64,000 nucleotides of DNA. Source: Escherichia coli O157:H7. Its GTDB lineage: Bacteria > Pseudomonadota > Gammaproteobacteria > Enterobacterales > Enterobacteriaceae. The position numbers and the translations under genes are program-made. Positions 16,301-29,176 of this stretch are shown here, one piece after another. The stretch lies in the NCBI RefSeq assembly GCF_013167455.1, contig NZ_CP038328.1. One strand, given 5' to 3'. Below the pieces are notes generated by a model. It worked only from the letters and a program-made list of their open reading frames with translations. It had not been told where the DNA came from and made no database searches. Position 1 is the first letter of the stretch, and every line of letters begins with the position of its first letter.

Positions 16301-17233
16301 ATGTTACATAAAAAAACGCTTCTTTTCGCAGCATTATTCGCCGCTCTCTGGGGCGGTGCAACACAGGCCGCAGATGCCGCCGTTGTCGCTTCGCTTAAAC
16401 CCGTTGGGTTCATCGCTTCTGCCATTGCTGATGGGGTAACAGAAACGGAGGTTTTACTTCCTGACGGCGCTTCAGAACATGATTATTCACTGCGTCCATC
16501 GGATGTAAAACGCTTACAGAACGCGGACTTAGTCGTTTGGGTTGGCCCGGAGATGGAAGCGTTTATGCAAAAACCGGTAAGCAAATTACCAGAAGCGAAG
16601 CAGGTAACGATTGCGCAGCTTGAAGATGTGAAACCGCTACTGATGAAAAGTATTAACGGCGATGATGATGATCACGACCACGCGGAAAAAAGTGACGAAG
16701 ATCACCATCACGGCGATTTCAACATGCATCTTTGGCTTTCCCCAGAGATAGCGCGGGCTACAGCGGTTGCAATCCATGGAAAATTAGTGGAACTTATGCC
16801 GCAAAGTCGAGCCAAACTTGACGCCAACCTGAAGGATTTTGAGGCACAATTAGCCTCAACCGAAACGCAGGTTGGTAACGAGCTCGCGCCGCTCAAGGGG
16901 AAAGGTTATTTCGTTTTTCACGATGCTTACGGCTATTTCGAAAAACAGTTCGGACTGACACCGCTTGGTCATTTTACCGTTAACCCTGAGATTCAACCTG
17001 GCGCGCAGCGTTTACATGAAATAAGAACACAGTTGGTTGAGCAAAAAGCAACCTGCGTTTTTGCTGAGCCACAGTTCAGGCCAGCGGTCGTTGAGAGCGT
17101 CGCACGAGGGACATCCGTTCGTATGGGAACGTTGGATCCCTTGGGGACGAATATCAAACTGGGTAAAACAAGCTATTCAGAATTCCTGAGTCAATTAGCC
17201 AACCAGTATGCGAGCTGCCTGAAAGGAGATTAA
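16301..17233 (+). CDS. znuA: Zinc ABC transporter periplasmic binding protein ZnuA
   Basis: 310 aa from ATG 16301 ([14 protein letters not shown] signal peptide); His/Asp/Glu-rich loop [19 protein letters not shown]. Confidence 0.9.
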
Positions 17234-17248
17234 TGAGGAAGTGATTAC

Positions 17249-18571
17249 GTGCAACAGATAGCCCGCTCTGTCGCCCTGGCGTTTAATAATTTACCGCGAC
17301 CACACCGCGTTATGTTGGGGTCGCTCACCGTTCTTACTCTGGCCGTCGCTGTCTGGCGGCCCTATGTTTATCACCGCGATGCCACGCCAATTGTCAAAAC
17401 CATTGAGCTGGAACAGAACGAAATTCGTTCGCTCTTACCTGAAGCCAGTGAGCCGATTGATCAAGCTGCACAAGAAGATGAAGCCATTCCCCAGGACGAA
17501 CTGGATGACAAAATCGCCGGTGAAGCGGGCGTGCATGAATATGTTGTTTCCACTGGCGATACGCTAAGCAGCATTCTCAATCAGTATGGTATTGATATGG
17601 GTGATATCACCCAACTGGCTGCGGCCGACAAAGAATTGCGTAACCTGAAAATCGGTCAACAACTCTCCTGGACATTAACCGCGGACGGCGAACTGCAGCG
17701 CCTCACCTGGGAAGTGTCTCGTCGTGAAACCCGAACCTATGACCGTACTGCCGCTAACGGTTTTAAAATGACCAGCGAAATGCAGCAAGGAGAGTGGGTT
17801 AACAATCTGCTGAAAGGTACCGTCGGGGGGAGCTTTGTTGCCAGCGCCAGAAACGCCGGTTTGACCAGCGCCGAAGTGAGCGCAGTGATTAAAGCCATGC
17901 AGTGGCAAATGGATTTCCGCAAACTGAAAAAAGGCGATGAATTTGCGGTATTAATGTCTCGAGAAATGCTTGATGGTAAACGTGAGCAAAGCCAGCTGCT
18001 GGGCGTACGTTTGCGTTCAGAAGGTAAAGATTATTACGCTATCCGCGCTGAAGATGGCAAATTCTACGATCGTAACGGTACTGGTCTGGCGAAAGGATTC
18101 TTGCGATTCCCGACGGCGAAACAGTTCCGTATCTCGTCTAACTTTAACCCGCGTCGTACTAATCCGGTGACCGGTCGCGTTGCACCACACAGAGGTGTTG
18201 ATTTCGCCATGCCGCAGGGTACGCCAGTGCTTTCAGTGGGTGACGGTGAAGTGGTGGTTGCCAAACGCAGTGGCGCAGCAGGTTATTATGTGGCTATTCG
18301 TCATGGTCGCAGCTACACCACGCGTTATATGCACTTGCGCAAGATTCTGGTGAAACCGGGGCAGAAGGTGAAACGTGGCGACCGTATCGCGCTTTCCGGT
18401 AATACCGGACGTTCAACCGGGCCGCATCTGCACTATGAAGTATGGATAAACCAGCAGGCCGTAAACCCGCTGACGGCAAAACTGCCGCGTACCGAAGGGC
18501 TGACCGGCTCCGATCGTCGCGAATTCCTGGCGCAGGCCAAAGAGATTGTGCCGCAGCTACGGTTTGATTAA
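17249..18571 (+). CDS. mepM: Murein DD-endopeptidase MepM (YebA), LysM + M23 peptidase
   Basis: 440 aa, GTG start; M23 motif near the C-terminus (HLHYEVW). Confidence 0.9.
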
Positions 18572-18587
18572 TTAACATCCATTCGCA

Positions 18588-18618
18588 GCCGGTACGCAGT
18601 CAGTACCGGCTTTTTTTA
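18588..18618 (+). terminator. Rho-independent terminator after mepM
   Basis: Stem gccggtac / gtaccggc followed by a T7 run. Confidence 0.75.
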
Positions 18619-18690
18619 TTTGGTGCGGGGCAAGTTGCGCCGCTACACTATCACCAGATTGATTTTTGCCTTATCCGAAACTGGAAAAGC

Positions 18691-19662
18691 ATGGAAACGA
18701 AAAAAAATAATAGCGAATACATTCCTGAGTTTGATAAATCCTTTCGCCACCCGCGCTACTGGGGAGCATGGCTGGGCGTAGCAGCGATGGCGGGTATCGC
18801 TTTAACGCCGCCAAAGTTCCGTGATCCCATTCTGGCACGGCTGGGACGTATTGCCGGACGACTGGGAAAAAGCTCACGCCGTCGTGCGTTAATCAATCTG
18901 TCGCTCTGCTTTCCAGAACGTAGTGAAGCTGAACGCGAAGCGATTGTTGATGAGATGTTTGCCACCGCGCCGCAAGCGATGGCAATGATGGCTGAGTTGG
19001 CAATACGCGGGCCGGAGAAAATTCAGCCGCGCGTTGACTGGCAAGGGCTGGAGATCATCGAAGAGATGCGGCGTAATAACGAGAAAGTTATCTTTCTAGT
19101 GCCGCACGGTTGGGCCGTCGATATTCCTGCCATGCTGATGGCCTCGCAAGGGCAGAAAATGGCAGCGATGTTCCATAATCAGGGCAACCCGGTTTTTGAT
19201 TATGTCTGGAACACGGTGCGTCGTCGCTTTGGCGGTCGTCTGCATGCGAGAAATGACGGTATTAAACCATTCATCCAGTCGGTACGTCAGGGGTACTGGG
19301 GATATTATTTACCCGATCAGGATCATGGCCCAGAGCACAGCGAATTTGTGGATTTCTTTGCCACCTATAAAGCGACGTTGCCCGCGATTGGTCGTTTGAT
19401 GAAAGTGTGCCGTGCGCGCGTTGTACCGCTGTTTCCGATTTATGATGGCAAGACGCATCGTCTGACGATTCAGGTGCGCCCACCGATGGATGATCTGTTA
19501 GAGGCGGATGATCATACGATTGCGCGGCGGATGAATGAAGAAGTCGAGATTTTTGTTGGTCCGCGACCAGAACAATACACCTGGATACTAAAATTGCTGA
19601 AAACTCGCAAACCGGGCGAAATCCAGCCGTATAAGCGCAAAGATCTTTATCCCATCAAATAA
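18691..19662 (+). CDS. lpxM: Lipid A myristoyltransferase LpxM (MsbB)
   Basis: 323-aa ORF. Confidence 0.9.
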   Translation: METKKNNSEYIPEFDKSFRHPRYWGAWLGVAAMAGIALTPPKFRDPILARLGRIAGRLGKSSRRRALINLSLCFPERSEAEREAIVDEMFATAPQAMAMMAELAIRGPEKIQPRVDWQGLEIIEEMRRNNEKVIFLVPHGWAVDIPAMLMASQGQKMAAMFHNQGNPVFDYVWNTVRRRFGGRLHARNDGIKPFIQSVRQGYWGYYLPDQDHGPEHSEFVDFFATYKATLPAIGRLMKVCRARVVPLFPIYDGKTHRLTIQVRPPMDDLLEADDHTIARRMNEEVEIFVGPRPEQYTWILKLLKTRKPGEIQPYKRKDLYPIK

Positions 19663-19663
19663 A

Positions 19664-19692
19664 AAAGCCTCTCGCGAGGAGAGGCCTTCGCC
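19664..19692 (-). terminator. Hairpin with U-run on the minus strand; likely pykA terminator, placed right after the lpxM stop
   Basis: gcctctcgcgaggagaggc stem preceded by aaaaaa on the plus strand. Confidence 0.55.
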
Positions 19693-19737
19693 TGATGATA
19701 AGTTCAAGTTTGCTTCAGAATATTCGAAATCTGTTGA

Positions 19738-19785
19738 ACTATCATTGAACTGTAGGCCGGATGTGGCGTTTTCGCCGCATCCGGC
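19738..19785. repeat. REP element
   Basis: gtaggccggatgtggcgttttcgccgcatccggcaacg. Confidence 0.7.
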
Positions 19786-19792
19786 AACGTAC

Positions 19793-21235
19793 TTACTCTA
19801 CCGTTAAAATACGCGTGGTATTAGTAGAACCCACGGTACTCATCACGTCGCCCTGGGTGACAATCACCAGGTCACCAGACATCAAGTAACCTTTATCGCG
19901 CAGCAGATTAACCGCTTCGCTGGCAGCTGCTACGCCGTCATTAGCGCTATCAAAGTGCACCGGCGTAACGCCACGATAGAGAGCAGTCAGGTTCAGCGTA
20001 CGTTCATGGCGCGACATGGCGAAAATTGGTAGACCAGAGCTGATACGGGAGGTCATCAGCGCGGTACGACCCGATTCGGTCATGGTAATGATCGCCGTAA
20101 CGCCTTTCAGGTGGTTAGCTGCGTACATTGCTGACATGGCAATAGCTTCTTCCACATTGTCGAACTGAACGTCCAGACGGTGTTTAGAAACGTTGATGCT
20201 CGGGATTTTTTCCGCACCCAGGCAAACGCGCGCCATGGCTGCAACAGTTTCTGACGGATACTGCCCAGCGGCAGTTTCTGCAGACAGCATCACAGCGTCA
20301 GTACCATCCAGAACGGCGTTTGCTACGTCCATGACTTCTGCACGCGTCGGCATCGGGTTAGTAATCATTGACTCCATCATCTGGGTCGCCGTGATTACCG
20401 CTCGGTTTAGCTGACGCGCACGACGGATCAACGCTTTCTGAATGCCGACCAGTTCCGGGTCGCCAATTTCCACACCGAGGTCGCCACGTGCAACCATTAC
20501 CACGTCAGAGGCGAGGATGATGTCATCCATTGCATCCTGGCTGCAAACGGCTTCCGCACGTTCAACCTTGGCAACAATTTTCGCATCACATCCTGCATCG
20601 CGTGCCAGGCGACGGGCATAGTTCAGATCTTCGCCACAGCGTGGGAAGGAGACAGCCAGGTAATCTACGCCAATCAACGCCGCAGTCTTAATGTCTGCTT
20701 TGTCTTTTTCGGTCAGCGCTTCAGCCGACAAACCGCCGCCAAGTTTGTTGATACCTTTATTGTTGGAGAGGGGACCACCGACGGTGACTTCGGTGAACAC
20801 TTTCATGCCCTGAACTTCCAGTACTTTTAACTGGACGCGACCATCGTCCAGCAGCAGGATGTCACCAGGCACGACGTCAGCAGGCAGGCCTTTGTAGTTG
20901 ATACCGACTTTTTCTTTGTCGCCTTCACCTTTACCCAGGTTGGCGTCGAGCAGGAATTTATCCCCAATATTGAGGAAAACTTTGCCTTCTTTAAAGGTGG
21001 ATACACGGATTTTGGGCCCCTGGAGGTCACCCAGAATAGCCACATGACGCCCCAGTTTTGCGGCAATCTCACGAACTTTATCCGCGCGCATTTTGTGATC
21101 TTCAGGCGAGCCGTGAGAAAAGTTCATACGTACAACGTTGGCACCCGCCGCGATAACTTTTTCAAGATTATTATCGCGATCTGTTGCTGGGCCTAACGTG
21201 GTAACGATTTTTGTTCTGCGAAGCCTTCTGGACAT
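19793..21235 (-). CDS. pykA: Pyruvate kinase II
   Basis: 480 aa from the internal ATG ([16 protein letters not shown]); upstream 47 codons of the ORF-track entry are read-through. Confidence 0.9.
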   Translation of the reverse strand: MSRRLRRTKIVTTLGPATDRDNNLEKVIAAGANVVRMNFSHGSPEDHKMRADKVREIAAKLGRHVAILGDLQGPKIRVSTFKEGKVFLNIGDKFLLDANLGKGEGDKEKVGINYKGLPADVVPGDILLLDDGRVQLKVLEVQGMKVFTEVTVGGPLSNNKGINKLGGGLSAEALTEKDKADIKTAALIGVDYLAVSFPRCGEDLNYARRLARDAGCDAKIVAKVERAEAVCSQDAMDDIILASDVVMVARGDLGVEIGDPELVGIQKALIRRARQLNRAVITATQMMESMITNPMPTRAEVMDVANAVLDGTDAVMLSAETAAGQYPSETVAAMARVCLGAEKIPSINVSKHRLDVQFDNVEEAIAMSAMYAANHLKGVTAIITMTESGRTALMTSRISSGLPIFAMSRHERTLNLTALYRGVTPVHFDSANDGVAAASEAVNLLRDKGYLMSGDLVIVTQGDVMSTVGSTNTTRILTVE

Positions 21236-21362
21236 GTAATACTCCGTTGACTGAAACAACCAGGTGTTGCTTGAACATGAAATCCGAATGAAATAACGCC
21301 GCGATGGCGATAAAATAATCTCATTCGGATGTCGTATAAGATTAGAACAGTGACAGTCGCTT

Positions 21363-22232
21363 TTAGCGATCGTCACTTAAATTAAGTAACTGCTTATCAA
21401 AACGCGATTCCTTCAGCGCTTCCTTGACCCGCTTCAAGTTATCTCTGAATTTTGCACCGCGTCGCAAAGTAAATCCTGTCGCCAGCACATCTATCACGGT
21501 CAGCTGTGCAAGTCGAGAAACCATGGGCATATAAATGTCAGTATCTTCCGGTACGTCGAGGGTAATTGCCAGCGTTGCTTCCCGGGCGAGCGGGGTACCC
21601 GCAGAGGTGAGGGCAATCACCATAGCGTCGTTTTCGCGTGCCAGCTGCGCCAGCTCGACCAGATTTTTTGTTCTTCCGGTGTGAGAAATCAGCACCACCA
21701 CGTCTCCGTCGCTACAATTCATACAACTCATGCGTTGCAGCACAATATCATCGGAGTACACCACCGGAACATTAAAACGAAAGAACTTATTCATCGCATC
21801 GTGGGCAACGGCGGCTGAAGAGCCTAATCCGAAAAAGGCGATTTTTTTTGCCTGAGTGAGCAAGTCGACGGCGCGGTTGATGGCAGATTTATCCAGTGAA
21901 TGACGGACATGATCGAGCGTTGCCATTGCGGACTCAAATATTTTCCCTGTGTATGATTCAACGCTGTCATCTTCATTGACGTTGCGATTAACATAGGGAG
22001 TGCCATTCGCCAGACTCTGTGCCAGATGAAGTTTAAAATCAGGAAAACCGCGCGTGTCCATGCTGCGACAGAAACGATTCACCGTCGGTTCGCTAACATT
22101 GGCTTCCAGTGCCAGAGCAGCAATACTCGAATGGATCGCGTTATCGGGCGAAGCCAGAATGACCTCGGCAACTTTGCGCTCTGATTTGCTCAAATGTTCC
22201 AGCTGAGACTGGATTTTTTCCAGCATATTCAT
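21363..22232 (-). CDS. hexR: RpiR/HexR family transcriptional regulator (HTH + SIS domain)
   Basis: 289-aa ORF. Confidence 0.85.
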   Translation of the reverse strand: MNMLEKIQSQLEHLSKSERKVAEVILASPDNAIHSSIAALALEANVSEPTVNRFCRSMDTRGFPDFKLHLAQSLANGTPYVNRNVNEDDSVESYTGKIFESAMATLDHVRHSLDKSAINRAVDLLTQAKKIAFFGLGSSAAVAHDAMNKFFRFNVPVVYSDDIVLQRMSCMNCSDGDVVVLISHTGRTKNLVELAQLARENDAMVIALTSAGTPLAREATLAITLDVPEDTDIYMPMVSRLAQLTVIDVLATGFTLRRGAKFRDNLKRVKEALKESRFDKQLLNLSDDR

Positions 22233-22569
22233 GATGTAAAGAGACTCACGGGTAATGACGATTTCCGCACTGAAAGAAATCGAAATGCAGTTTTGTCAGA
22301 TATTACGCCTGTGTGCTGTGTTAATGACAAAAGCAGATAAAAAAGTTGTTATTTTTTTTCATAACATGATCAGTGTCAGATTTTTACCCAATGGAAAACG
22401 ATGATTTTTTTATCAGTTTTGCCGCACTTTGCGCGCTTTTACCGTAATCGCACGGGTGGATAAGCGTTTACAGTTTTCGCAAGCTCGTAAAAGCAGTACA
22501 GTGCACCGTAAGAAAATTACAAGTATACCCTGGCTTAAGTACCGGGTTAGTTAACTTAAGGAGAATGAC

Positions 22570-24045
22570 ATGGCGGTAACGCAAACAGCCCAGGTCTGTG
22601 ACTTGGTCATTTTCGGCGCGAAAGGCGACCTTGCGCGTCGTAAATTGCTGCCTTCCCTGTATCAACTGGAAAAAGCCGGTCAGCTCAACCCGGACACCCG
22701 GATTATCGGCGTAGGGCGTGCTGACTGGGATAAAGCGGCATATACCAAAGTTGTCCGCGAGGCGCTCGAAACTTTCATGAAAGAAACCATTGATGAAGGT
22801 TTATGGGACACCCTGAGCGCACGTCTGGATTTTTGTAATCTCGATGTCAATGACACTGCTGCATTCAGCCGTCTCGGCGCGATGCTGGATCAAAAAAATC
22901 GTATCACCATTAACTACTTTGCCATGCCGCCCAGCACTTTTGGCGCAATTTGCAAAGGGCTTGGCGAGGCAAAACTGAATGCTAAACCGGCACGCGTAGT
23001 CATGGAGAAACCGCTGGGGACGTCGCTGGCGACCTCGCAGGAAATCAATGATCAGGTTGGCGAATACTTCGAGGAGTGCCAGGTTTACCGTATCGACCAC
23101 TATCTTGGTAAAGAAACGGTGCTGAACCTGTTGGCGCTGCGTTTTGCTAACTCCCTGTTTGTGAATAACTGGGACAATCGCACCATTGATCATGTTGAGA
23201 TTACCGTGGCAGAAGAAGTGGGGATCGAAGGGCGCTGGGGCTATTTTGATAAAGCCGGTCAGATGCGCGACATGATCCAGAACCACCTGCTGCAAATTCT
23301 TTGCATGATTGCGATGTCTCCGCCGTCTGACCTGAGCGCAGACAGCATCCGCGATGAAAAAGTGAAAGTACTGAAGTCTCTGCGCCGCATCGACCGCTCC
23401 AACGTACGCGAAAAAACCGTACGCGGGCAATATACTGCGGGCTTCGCCCAGGGCAAAAAAGTGCCGGGATATCTGGAAGAAGAGGGCGCGAACAAGAGCA
23501 GCAATACAGAAACCTTCGTGGCGATCCGCGTCGACATTGATAACTGGCGCTGGGCCGGTGTGCCATTCTACCTGCGTACTGGTAAACGTCTGCCGACCAA
23601 ATGTTCTGAAGTCGTGGTCTATTTCAAAACACCTGAACTGAATCTGTTTAAAGAGTCGTGGCAGGATCTGCCGCAGAATAAACTGACTATCCGTCTGCAA
23701 CCTGATGAAGGCGTGGATATCCAGGTACTGAATAAAGTTCCTGGCCTTGACCACAAACATAACCTGCAAATCACCAAGCTGGATCTGAGCTATTCAGAAA
23801 CCTTTAATCAGACGCATCTGGCGGATGCCTATGAACGTTTGCTGCTGGAAACCATGCGTGGTATTCAGGCACTGTTTGTACGTCGCGATGAAGTGGAAGA
23901 AGCCTGGAAATGGGTAGACTCCATTACTGAGGCGTGGGCGATGGACAATGATGCGCCGAAACCGTATCAGGCCGGAACCTGGGGACCCGTTGCCTCGGTG
24001 GCGATGATTACCCGTGATGGTCGTTCCTGGAATGAGTTTGAGTAA
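22570..24045 (+). CDS. zwf: Glucose-6-phosphate 1-dehydrogenase
   Basis: 491-aa ORF; G6PD signature RIDHYLGKE. Confidence 0.95.
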   Translation: MAVTQTAQVCDLVIFGAKGDLARRKLLPSLYQLEKAGQLNPDTRIIGVGRADWDKAAYTKVVREALETFMKETIDEGLWDTLSARLDFCNLDVNDTAAFSRLGAMLDQKNRITINYFAMPPSTFGAICKGLGEAKLNAKPARVVMEKPLGTSLATSQEINDQVGEYFEECQVYRIDHYLGKETVLNLLALRFANSLFVNNWDNRTIDHVEITVAEEVGIEGRWGYFDKAGQMRDMIQNHLLQILCMIAMSPPSDLSADSIRDEKVKVLKSLRRIDRSNVREKTVRGQYTAGFAQGKKVPGYLEEEGANKSSNTETFVAIRVDIDNWRWAGVPFYLRTGKRLPTKCSEVVVYFKTPELNLFKESWQDLPQNKLTIRLQPDEGVDIQVLNKVPGLDHKHNLQITKLDLSYSETFNQTHLADAYERLLLETMRGIQALFVRRDEVEEAWKWVDSITEAWAMDNDAPKPYQAGTWGPVASVAMITRDGRSWNEFE

Positions 24046-24072
24046 TATCTGCGCTTATCCTTTATGGTTATT

Positions 24073-24082
24073 TTACCGGTAA
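24073..24082. promoter_or_regulatory. Candidate GntR operator of the edd-eda promoter
   Basis: Perfect palindrome TTACCGGTAA in the zwf-edd intergenic region. Confidence 0.45.
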
Positions 24083-24125
24083 CATGATCTTGCACAGATT
24101 GTAGAACAATTTTTACACTTTCAGG

Positions 24126-24158
24126 CCTCGTGCGGATTCACCCACGAGGCTTTTTTTA
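24126..24158 (+). terminator. Rho-independent terminator after zwf
   Basis: cctcgtgcggattcacccacgagg stem followed by a T7 run. Confidence 0.7.
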
Positions 24159-24279
24159 TTACACTGACTGAAACGTTTTTGCCCTATGAGCTCCGGTTAC
24201 AGGCGTTTCACTCATAAATCCTCTGAATGAAACGCGTTGTGAATCATCCTGCTCTGACAACTCAATTTCAGGAGCCTTT

Positions 24280-26091
24280 ATGAATCCACAATTGTTACGC
24301 GTAACAAATCGAATCATTGAACGTTCGCGCGAGACTCGCTCTGCTTATCTCGCCCGGATAGAACAAGCGAAAACGTCGACCGTTCATCGTTCGCAGTTGG
24401 CATGCGGTAACCTGGCACACGGTTTCGCTGCCTGCCAGCCAGAAGACAAAGCCTCTTTGAAAAGCATGTTGCGTAACAATATCGCCATCATCACCTCCTA
24501 TAACGACATGCTCTCCGCTCACCAGCCTTATGAACACTATCCAGAAATCATTCGTAAAGCCCTGCATGAAGCGAATGCGGTTGGTCAGGTTGCGGGCGGT
24601 GTTCCGGCGATGTGTGATGGTGTCACCCAGGGGCAGGATGGAATGGAATTGTCGCTGCTAAGCCGCGAAGTGATAGCGATGTCTGCGGCTGTCGGGCTGT
24701 CCCATAACATGTTTGATGGTGCTCTGTTCCTCGGGGTGTGCGACAAGATTGTCCCGGGTCTGACGATGGCAGCCCTGTCGTTTGGTCATTTGCCTGCGGT
24801 GTTTGTGCCGTCTGGACCGATGGCAAGCGGTTTGCCAAATAAAGAAAAAGTGCGTATTCGCCAGCTTTATGCCGAAGGTAAAGTGGACCGCATGGCCTTA
24901 CTGGAGTCAGAAGCCGCGTCTTACCATGCGCCGGGAACATGTACTTTCTACGGTACTGCCAACACCAACCAGATGGTGGTGGAGTTTATGGGGATGCAGT
25001 TGCCAGGCTCTTCTTTTGTTCATCCGGATTCTCCGCTGCGCGATGCTTTGACCGCTGCCGCTGCGCGTCAGGTTACACGCATGACCGGTAATGGTAATGA
25101 ATGGATGCCGATCGGTAAGATGATCGATGAGAAAGTGGTGGTGAACGGTATCGTTGCACTGCTGGCGACCGGTGGTTCCACTAACCACACCATGCACCTG
25201 GTGGCGATGGCGCGCGCGGCCGGTATTCAGATTAACTGGGATGACTTCTCTGACCTTTCTGATGTTGTACCGCTGATGGCACGTCTCTACCCGAACGGTC
25301 CGGCCGATATTAACCACTTCCAGGCGGCAGGTGGCGTACCGGTTCTGGTGCGTGAACTGCTCAAAGCAGGCCTGCTGCATGAAGATGTCAATACGGTGGC
25401 AGGCTTTGGTCTGTCTCGTTATACCCTTGAACCATGGCTGAATAATGGTGAACTGGACTGGCGGGAAGGGGCGGAAAAATCACTCGACAGCAATGTGATC
25501 GCTTCCTTCGAACAACCTTTCTCTCATCATGGTGGGACAAAAGTGTTAAGCGGTAACCTGGGCCGTGCGGTTATGAAAACCTCTGCCGTGCCGGTTGAGA
25601 ACCAGGTGATTGAAGCGCCAGCGGTTGTTTTTGAAAGCCAGCATGACGTTATGCCGGCCTTTGAAGCGGGTTTGCTGGACCGCGATTGTGTCGTTGTTGT
25701 CCGTCATCAGGGGCCAAAAGCGAACGGAATGCCAGAATTACATAAACTCATGCCGCCACTTGGTGTATTATTGGACCGGTGTTTCAAAATTGCGTTAGTT
25801 ACCGATGGACGACTCTCCGGCGCTTCAGGTAAAGTGCCGTCAGCTATCCACGTAACACCAGAAGCTTACGATGGCGGGCTGCTGGCAAAAGTGCGCGACG
25901 GGGACATCATTCGTGTGAATGGACAGACAGGCGAACTGACGCTGCTGGTAGACGAAGCGGAATTGGCTGCTCGCGAACCACACATTCCTGACCTGAGCGC
26001 GTCACGCGTGGGAACAGGACGTGAATTATTCAGCGCCTTGCGTGAAAAACTGTCCGGTGCCGAACAGGGCGCAACCTGTATCACTTTTTAA
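24280..26091 (+). CDS. edd: Phosphogluconate dehydratase (Entner-Doudoroff)
   Basis: 603-aa ORF, IlvD/Edd family. Confidence 0.95.
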   Translation: MNPQLLRVTNRIIERSRETRSAYLARIEQAKTSTVHRSQLACGNLAHGFAACQPEDKASLKSMLRNNIAIITSYNDMLSAHQPYEHYPEIIRKALHEANAVGQVAGGVPAMCDGVTQGQDGMELSLLSREVIAMSAAVGLSHNMFDGALFLGVCDKIVPGLTMAALSFGHLPAVFVPSGPMASGLPNKEKVRIRQLYAEGKVDRMALLESEAASYHAPGTCTFYGTANTNQMVVEFMGMQLPGSSFVHPDSPLRDALTAAAARQVTRMTGNGNEWMPIGKMIDEKVVVNGIVALLATGGSTNHTMHLVAMARAAGIQINWDDFSDLSDVVPLMARLYPNGPADINHFQAAGGVPVLVRELLKAGLLHEDVNTVAGFGLSRYTLEPWLNNGELDWREGAEKSLDSNVIASFEQPFSHHGGTKVLSGNLGRAVMKTSAVPVENQVIEAPAVVFESQHDVMPAFEAGLLDRDCVVVVRHQGPKANGMPELHKLMPPLGVLLDRCFKIALVTDGRLSGASGKVPSAIHVTPEAYDGGLLAKVRDGDIIRVNGQTGELTLLVDEAELAAREPHIPDLSASRVGTGRELFSALREKLSGAEQGATCITF

Positions 26092-26127
26092 GACGACAAA
26101 TTTGTAATCAGGCGAGAGAAAACTCTG

Positions 26128-26769
26128 ATGAAAAACTGGAAAACAAGTGCAGAATCAATCCTGACCACCGGCCCGGTTGTACCGGTTATCGTGGTAAAAA
26201 AACTGGAACACGCGGTGCCGATGGCAAAAGCGTTGGTTGCTGGTGGGGTGCGCGTTCTGGAAGTGACTCTGCGTACCGAGTGTGCAGTTGACGCTATCCG
26301 TGCTATCGCCAAAGAAGTGCCTGAAGCGATTGTGGGTGCCGGTACGGTGCTGAATCCACAGCAGCTGGCAGAAGTCACTGAAGCGGGTGCACAGTTCGCA
26401 ATTAGCCCGGGTCTGACCGAGCCGCTGCTGAAAGCTGCTACCGAAGGGACTATTCCGCTGATTCCGGGGATCAGCACTGTTTCCGAACTGATGCTGGGTA
26501 TGGACTACGGTTTGAAAGAGTTCAAATTCTTCCCGGCTGAAGCTAACGGCGGCGTGAAAGCCCTGCAGGCGATCGCGGGTCCGTTCTCCCAGGTCCGTTT
26601 CTGCCCGACGGGTGGTATTTCTCCGGCTAACTACCGTGACTACCTGGCGCTGAAAAGCGTGCTGTGCATCGGTGGTTCCTGGCTGGTTCCGGCAGATGCG
26701 CTGGAAGCGGGCGATTACGACCGCATTACTAAGCTGGCGCGTGAAGCTGTAGAAGGCGCTAAGCTGTAA
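26128..26769 (+). CDS. eda: KDPG / KHG aldolase
   Basis: 213-aa ORF. Confidence 0.95.
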
Positions 26770-26777
26770 AAGTCAAA

Positions 26778-26805
26778 ATGCCCGATCGAGGATCGGGCAT
26801 TTTTG
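26778..26805. terminator. Bidirectional hairpin terminator between convergent eda and purT
   Basis: gcccgatcgaggatcgggc flanked by A-run and T-run. Confidence 0.7.
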
Positions 26806-26824
26806 TAGCGTTTATTTGCCGGGT

Positions 26825-28003
26825 TTAACCCTGTACTTTTACCTGTCCGGCGGCGTGCTTCGCGCGTTCAATGGCGTCAACAACACTCTCTGCAGTAGCC
26901 AGTGCCACCCCCAGACGACGGCTGCCATCAATTTCCGGCTTACCAAATAAACGAATCTGCAAATCTGCGCCTACGGCATTCTGCACATTATCAAACGTGA
27001 CATTCTGACTGGTCAGTTGTGGCAGAATAACGGCAGAAGCTGCAGGACCATACTGACGGATCCCGCCAACCGGAAGTCCGAGGAAGGCACGTACATGCAG
27101 GGCAAACTCTGAGAGATCTTGAGAAATTAACGTCACCATCCCGGTATCATGTGGACGAGGGGAGACCTCACTGAAAATCACCTCATCACCACAGACAAAC
27201 AGCTCGACACCAAACAGACCATAACCGCCCAGTGCCAGCACCACTTTACGGGCAATCTCCTGCGCACGTTCAAGGGCAAGCGGGCTCATTTGCTGTGGTT
27301 GCCAGGATTCACAGTAGTCGCCATCTTCCTGGCGATGACCTACTGGTGCACAGAAATGGACGCCATCCACCGCGCTGACGGTTAGCAGGGTAATTTCGAA
27401 GTCAAACTTAACGACGCCTTCAACAATTACGCGGCCCGCTCCGGCGCGACCGCCTTGCTGAGCGTATTCCCATGCCTGAGCAAGTTGCTCTGCAGAGCGA
27501 ATAAACGTCTGCCCCTTGCCGGAAGAGCTCATCACCGGTTTTACAATGCAGGGATAGCCAATGGCGGCAACCGCCTCGCGGAAAAGGCTTTCGCTATCGG
27601 CAAAACGATAAGTGGAAGTGGGCAGCTGCAGCTCTTCTGCCGCCAGGCGACGGATACCCTCGCGATTCATCGTTAATTTCGTTGCGCGAGCGCAGGGGAC
27701 AACATTCAGTCCTTCCTCTTCAAGTTGGATCAGCATATCGGTGGCAATAGCTTCGATCTCCGGCACGATATAATGTGGTTTTTCCAGTTCAACCACACGG
27801 CGTAATGCATCACCATCAAGCATATTAATGACATGGGAGCGATGCGCGACATGCATGGCTGGTGCGTCGGCATAGCGATCGACGGCAATCACCTCTACGC
27901 CGAGACGCTGACACTCGATTGCCACTTCTTTACCCAGTTCACCGGAGCCTAATAACATCACGCGAGTTGCTGCCGGACGCAGCGCAGTGCCTAATAACGT
28001 CAT
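26825..28003 (-). CDS. purT: Formate-dependent phosphoribosylglycinamide formyltransferase PurT
   Basis: 392-aa ORF, ATP-grasp. Confidence 0.95.
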   Translation of the reverse strand: MTLLGTALRPAATRVMLLGSGELGKEVAIECQRLGVEVIAVDRYADAPAMHVAHRSHVINMLDGDALRRVVELEKPHYIVPEIEAIATDMLIQLEEEGLNVVPCARATKLTMNREGIRRLAAEELQLPTSTYRFADSESLFREAVAAIGYPCIVKPVMSSSGKGQTFIRSAEQLAQAWEYAQQGGRAGAGRVIVEGVVKFDFEITLLTVSAVDGVHFCAPVGHRQEDGDYCESWQPQQMSPLALERAQEIARKVVLALGGYGLFGVELFVCGDEVIFSEVSPRPHDTGMVTLISQDLSEFALHVRAFLGLPVGGIRQYGPAASAVILPQLTSQNVTFDNVQNAVGADLQIRLFGKPEIDGSRRLGVALATAESVVDAIERAKHAAGQVKVQG

Positions 28004-28040
28004 AACGAATATCCCCTGATTAATTCCGCGCGCAGTATAA

Positions 28041-28056
28041 ACGAAAACGTTTGCGT
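28041..28056. promoter_or_regulatory. PurR box upstream of purT
   Basis: acgaaaacgtttgcgt matches the PurR operator core (aaacgtttgcgt). Confidence 0.6.
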
Positions 28057-28101
28057 GTGTCTTTATTGCTGGTGTTGATCTCTCAACCGAAAAGAAATAT
28101 A

Positions 28102-28117
28102 CTGTATAGAATCACAG
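28102..28117 (+). promoter_or_regulatory. LexA (SOS) box upstream of yebG
   Basis: CTGTATAGAATCACAG = CTGT-N8-ACAG, 20 nt before the yebG start. Confidence 0.75.
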
Positions 28118-28136
28118 TTATTATGAGAGGCTGCAA

Positions 28137-28427
28137 ATGGCGGTTGAAGTTAAATACGTAGTCATTCGTGAGGGCGAAGAGAAAATGTCGTTTACCAGCA
28201 AAAAGGAAGCCGATGCTTATGACAAAATGCTTGATACGGCGGATCTGCTTGACACCTGGCTGACAAATTCTCCAGTGCAAATGGAAGACGAGCAACGTGA
28301 AGCCCTTTCGCTATGGCTGGCAGAACAAAAAGATGTGCTGAGCACCATTCTGAAAACCGGCAAATTACCGTCCCCACAGGTCGTCGGTGCTGAATCCGAA
28401 GAGGAAGATGCCTCACACGCGGCCTGA
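28137..28427 (+). CDS. yebG: DNA damage-inducible protein YebG
   Basis: 96-aa ORF. Confidence 0.85.
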   Translation: MAVEVKYVVIREGEEKMSFTSKKEADAYDKMLDTADLLDTWLTNSPVQMEDEQREALSLWLAEQKDVLSTILKTGKLPSPQVVGAESEEEDASHAA

Positions 28428-28445
28428 AGCAACTTGCGCTCCTGA

Positions 28446-28850
<405 letters not shown>

Positions 28851-28867
28851 TGGGTTCTGATAATTCG

Positions 28868-28965
28868 ATTGACCGTTGGCGGATGCGGCGCGAGTGCCTT
28901 GTCCGCCCCAGAACGCACCACAATCGTAGGCCTGAGAAGACGCAACAGCGTCGCATCGGGCAATC
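28868..28965. repeat. REP elements in the yebF-yebE intergenic region
   Basis: ggcggatgcggcgcgagtgccttgtccgcc and gtaggcctgagaagacgcaacagcgtcgcatcgggc. Confidence 0.6.
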
Positions 28966-29176
28966 AGCATCAAACAATGCCACTCAAAACGACAAACTAC
29001 TTTCACCTAAAATACCCTTATCACCTGATATACAGTAAATACCTTACCTGGCGCGAATTTCTTTGAATAACGGCCTACCGCCCCGCTTATTTGCGCATCT
29101 TTTGTCTCGATATACATTTTCTGACATCCTCATCCTCTATGCTACAGGCACTAAAAATGGTTATTGAGGAGCAAAT

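Noticed and set aside
22233-22569. Possible SoxS/MarA box in the hexR-zwf divergent region
   Set aside because: The marbox consensus is degenerate and I could not identify a single convincing match by eye; it needs a PWM scan.
22801-23769. 322-aa minus-strand ORF
   Set aside because: Antisense within zwf; no motif or upstream promoter/SD context.
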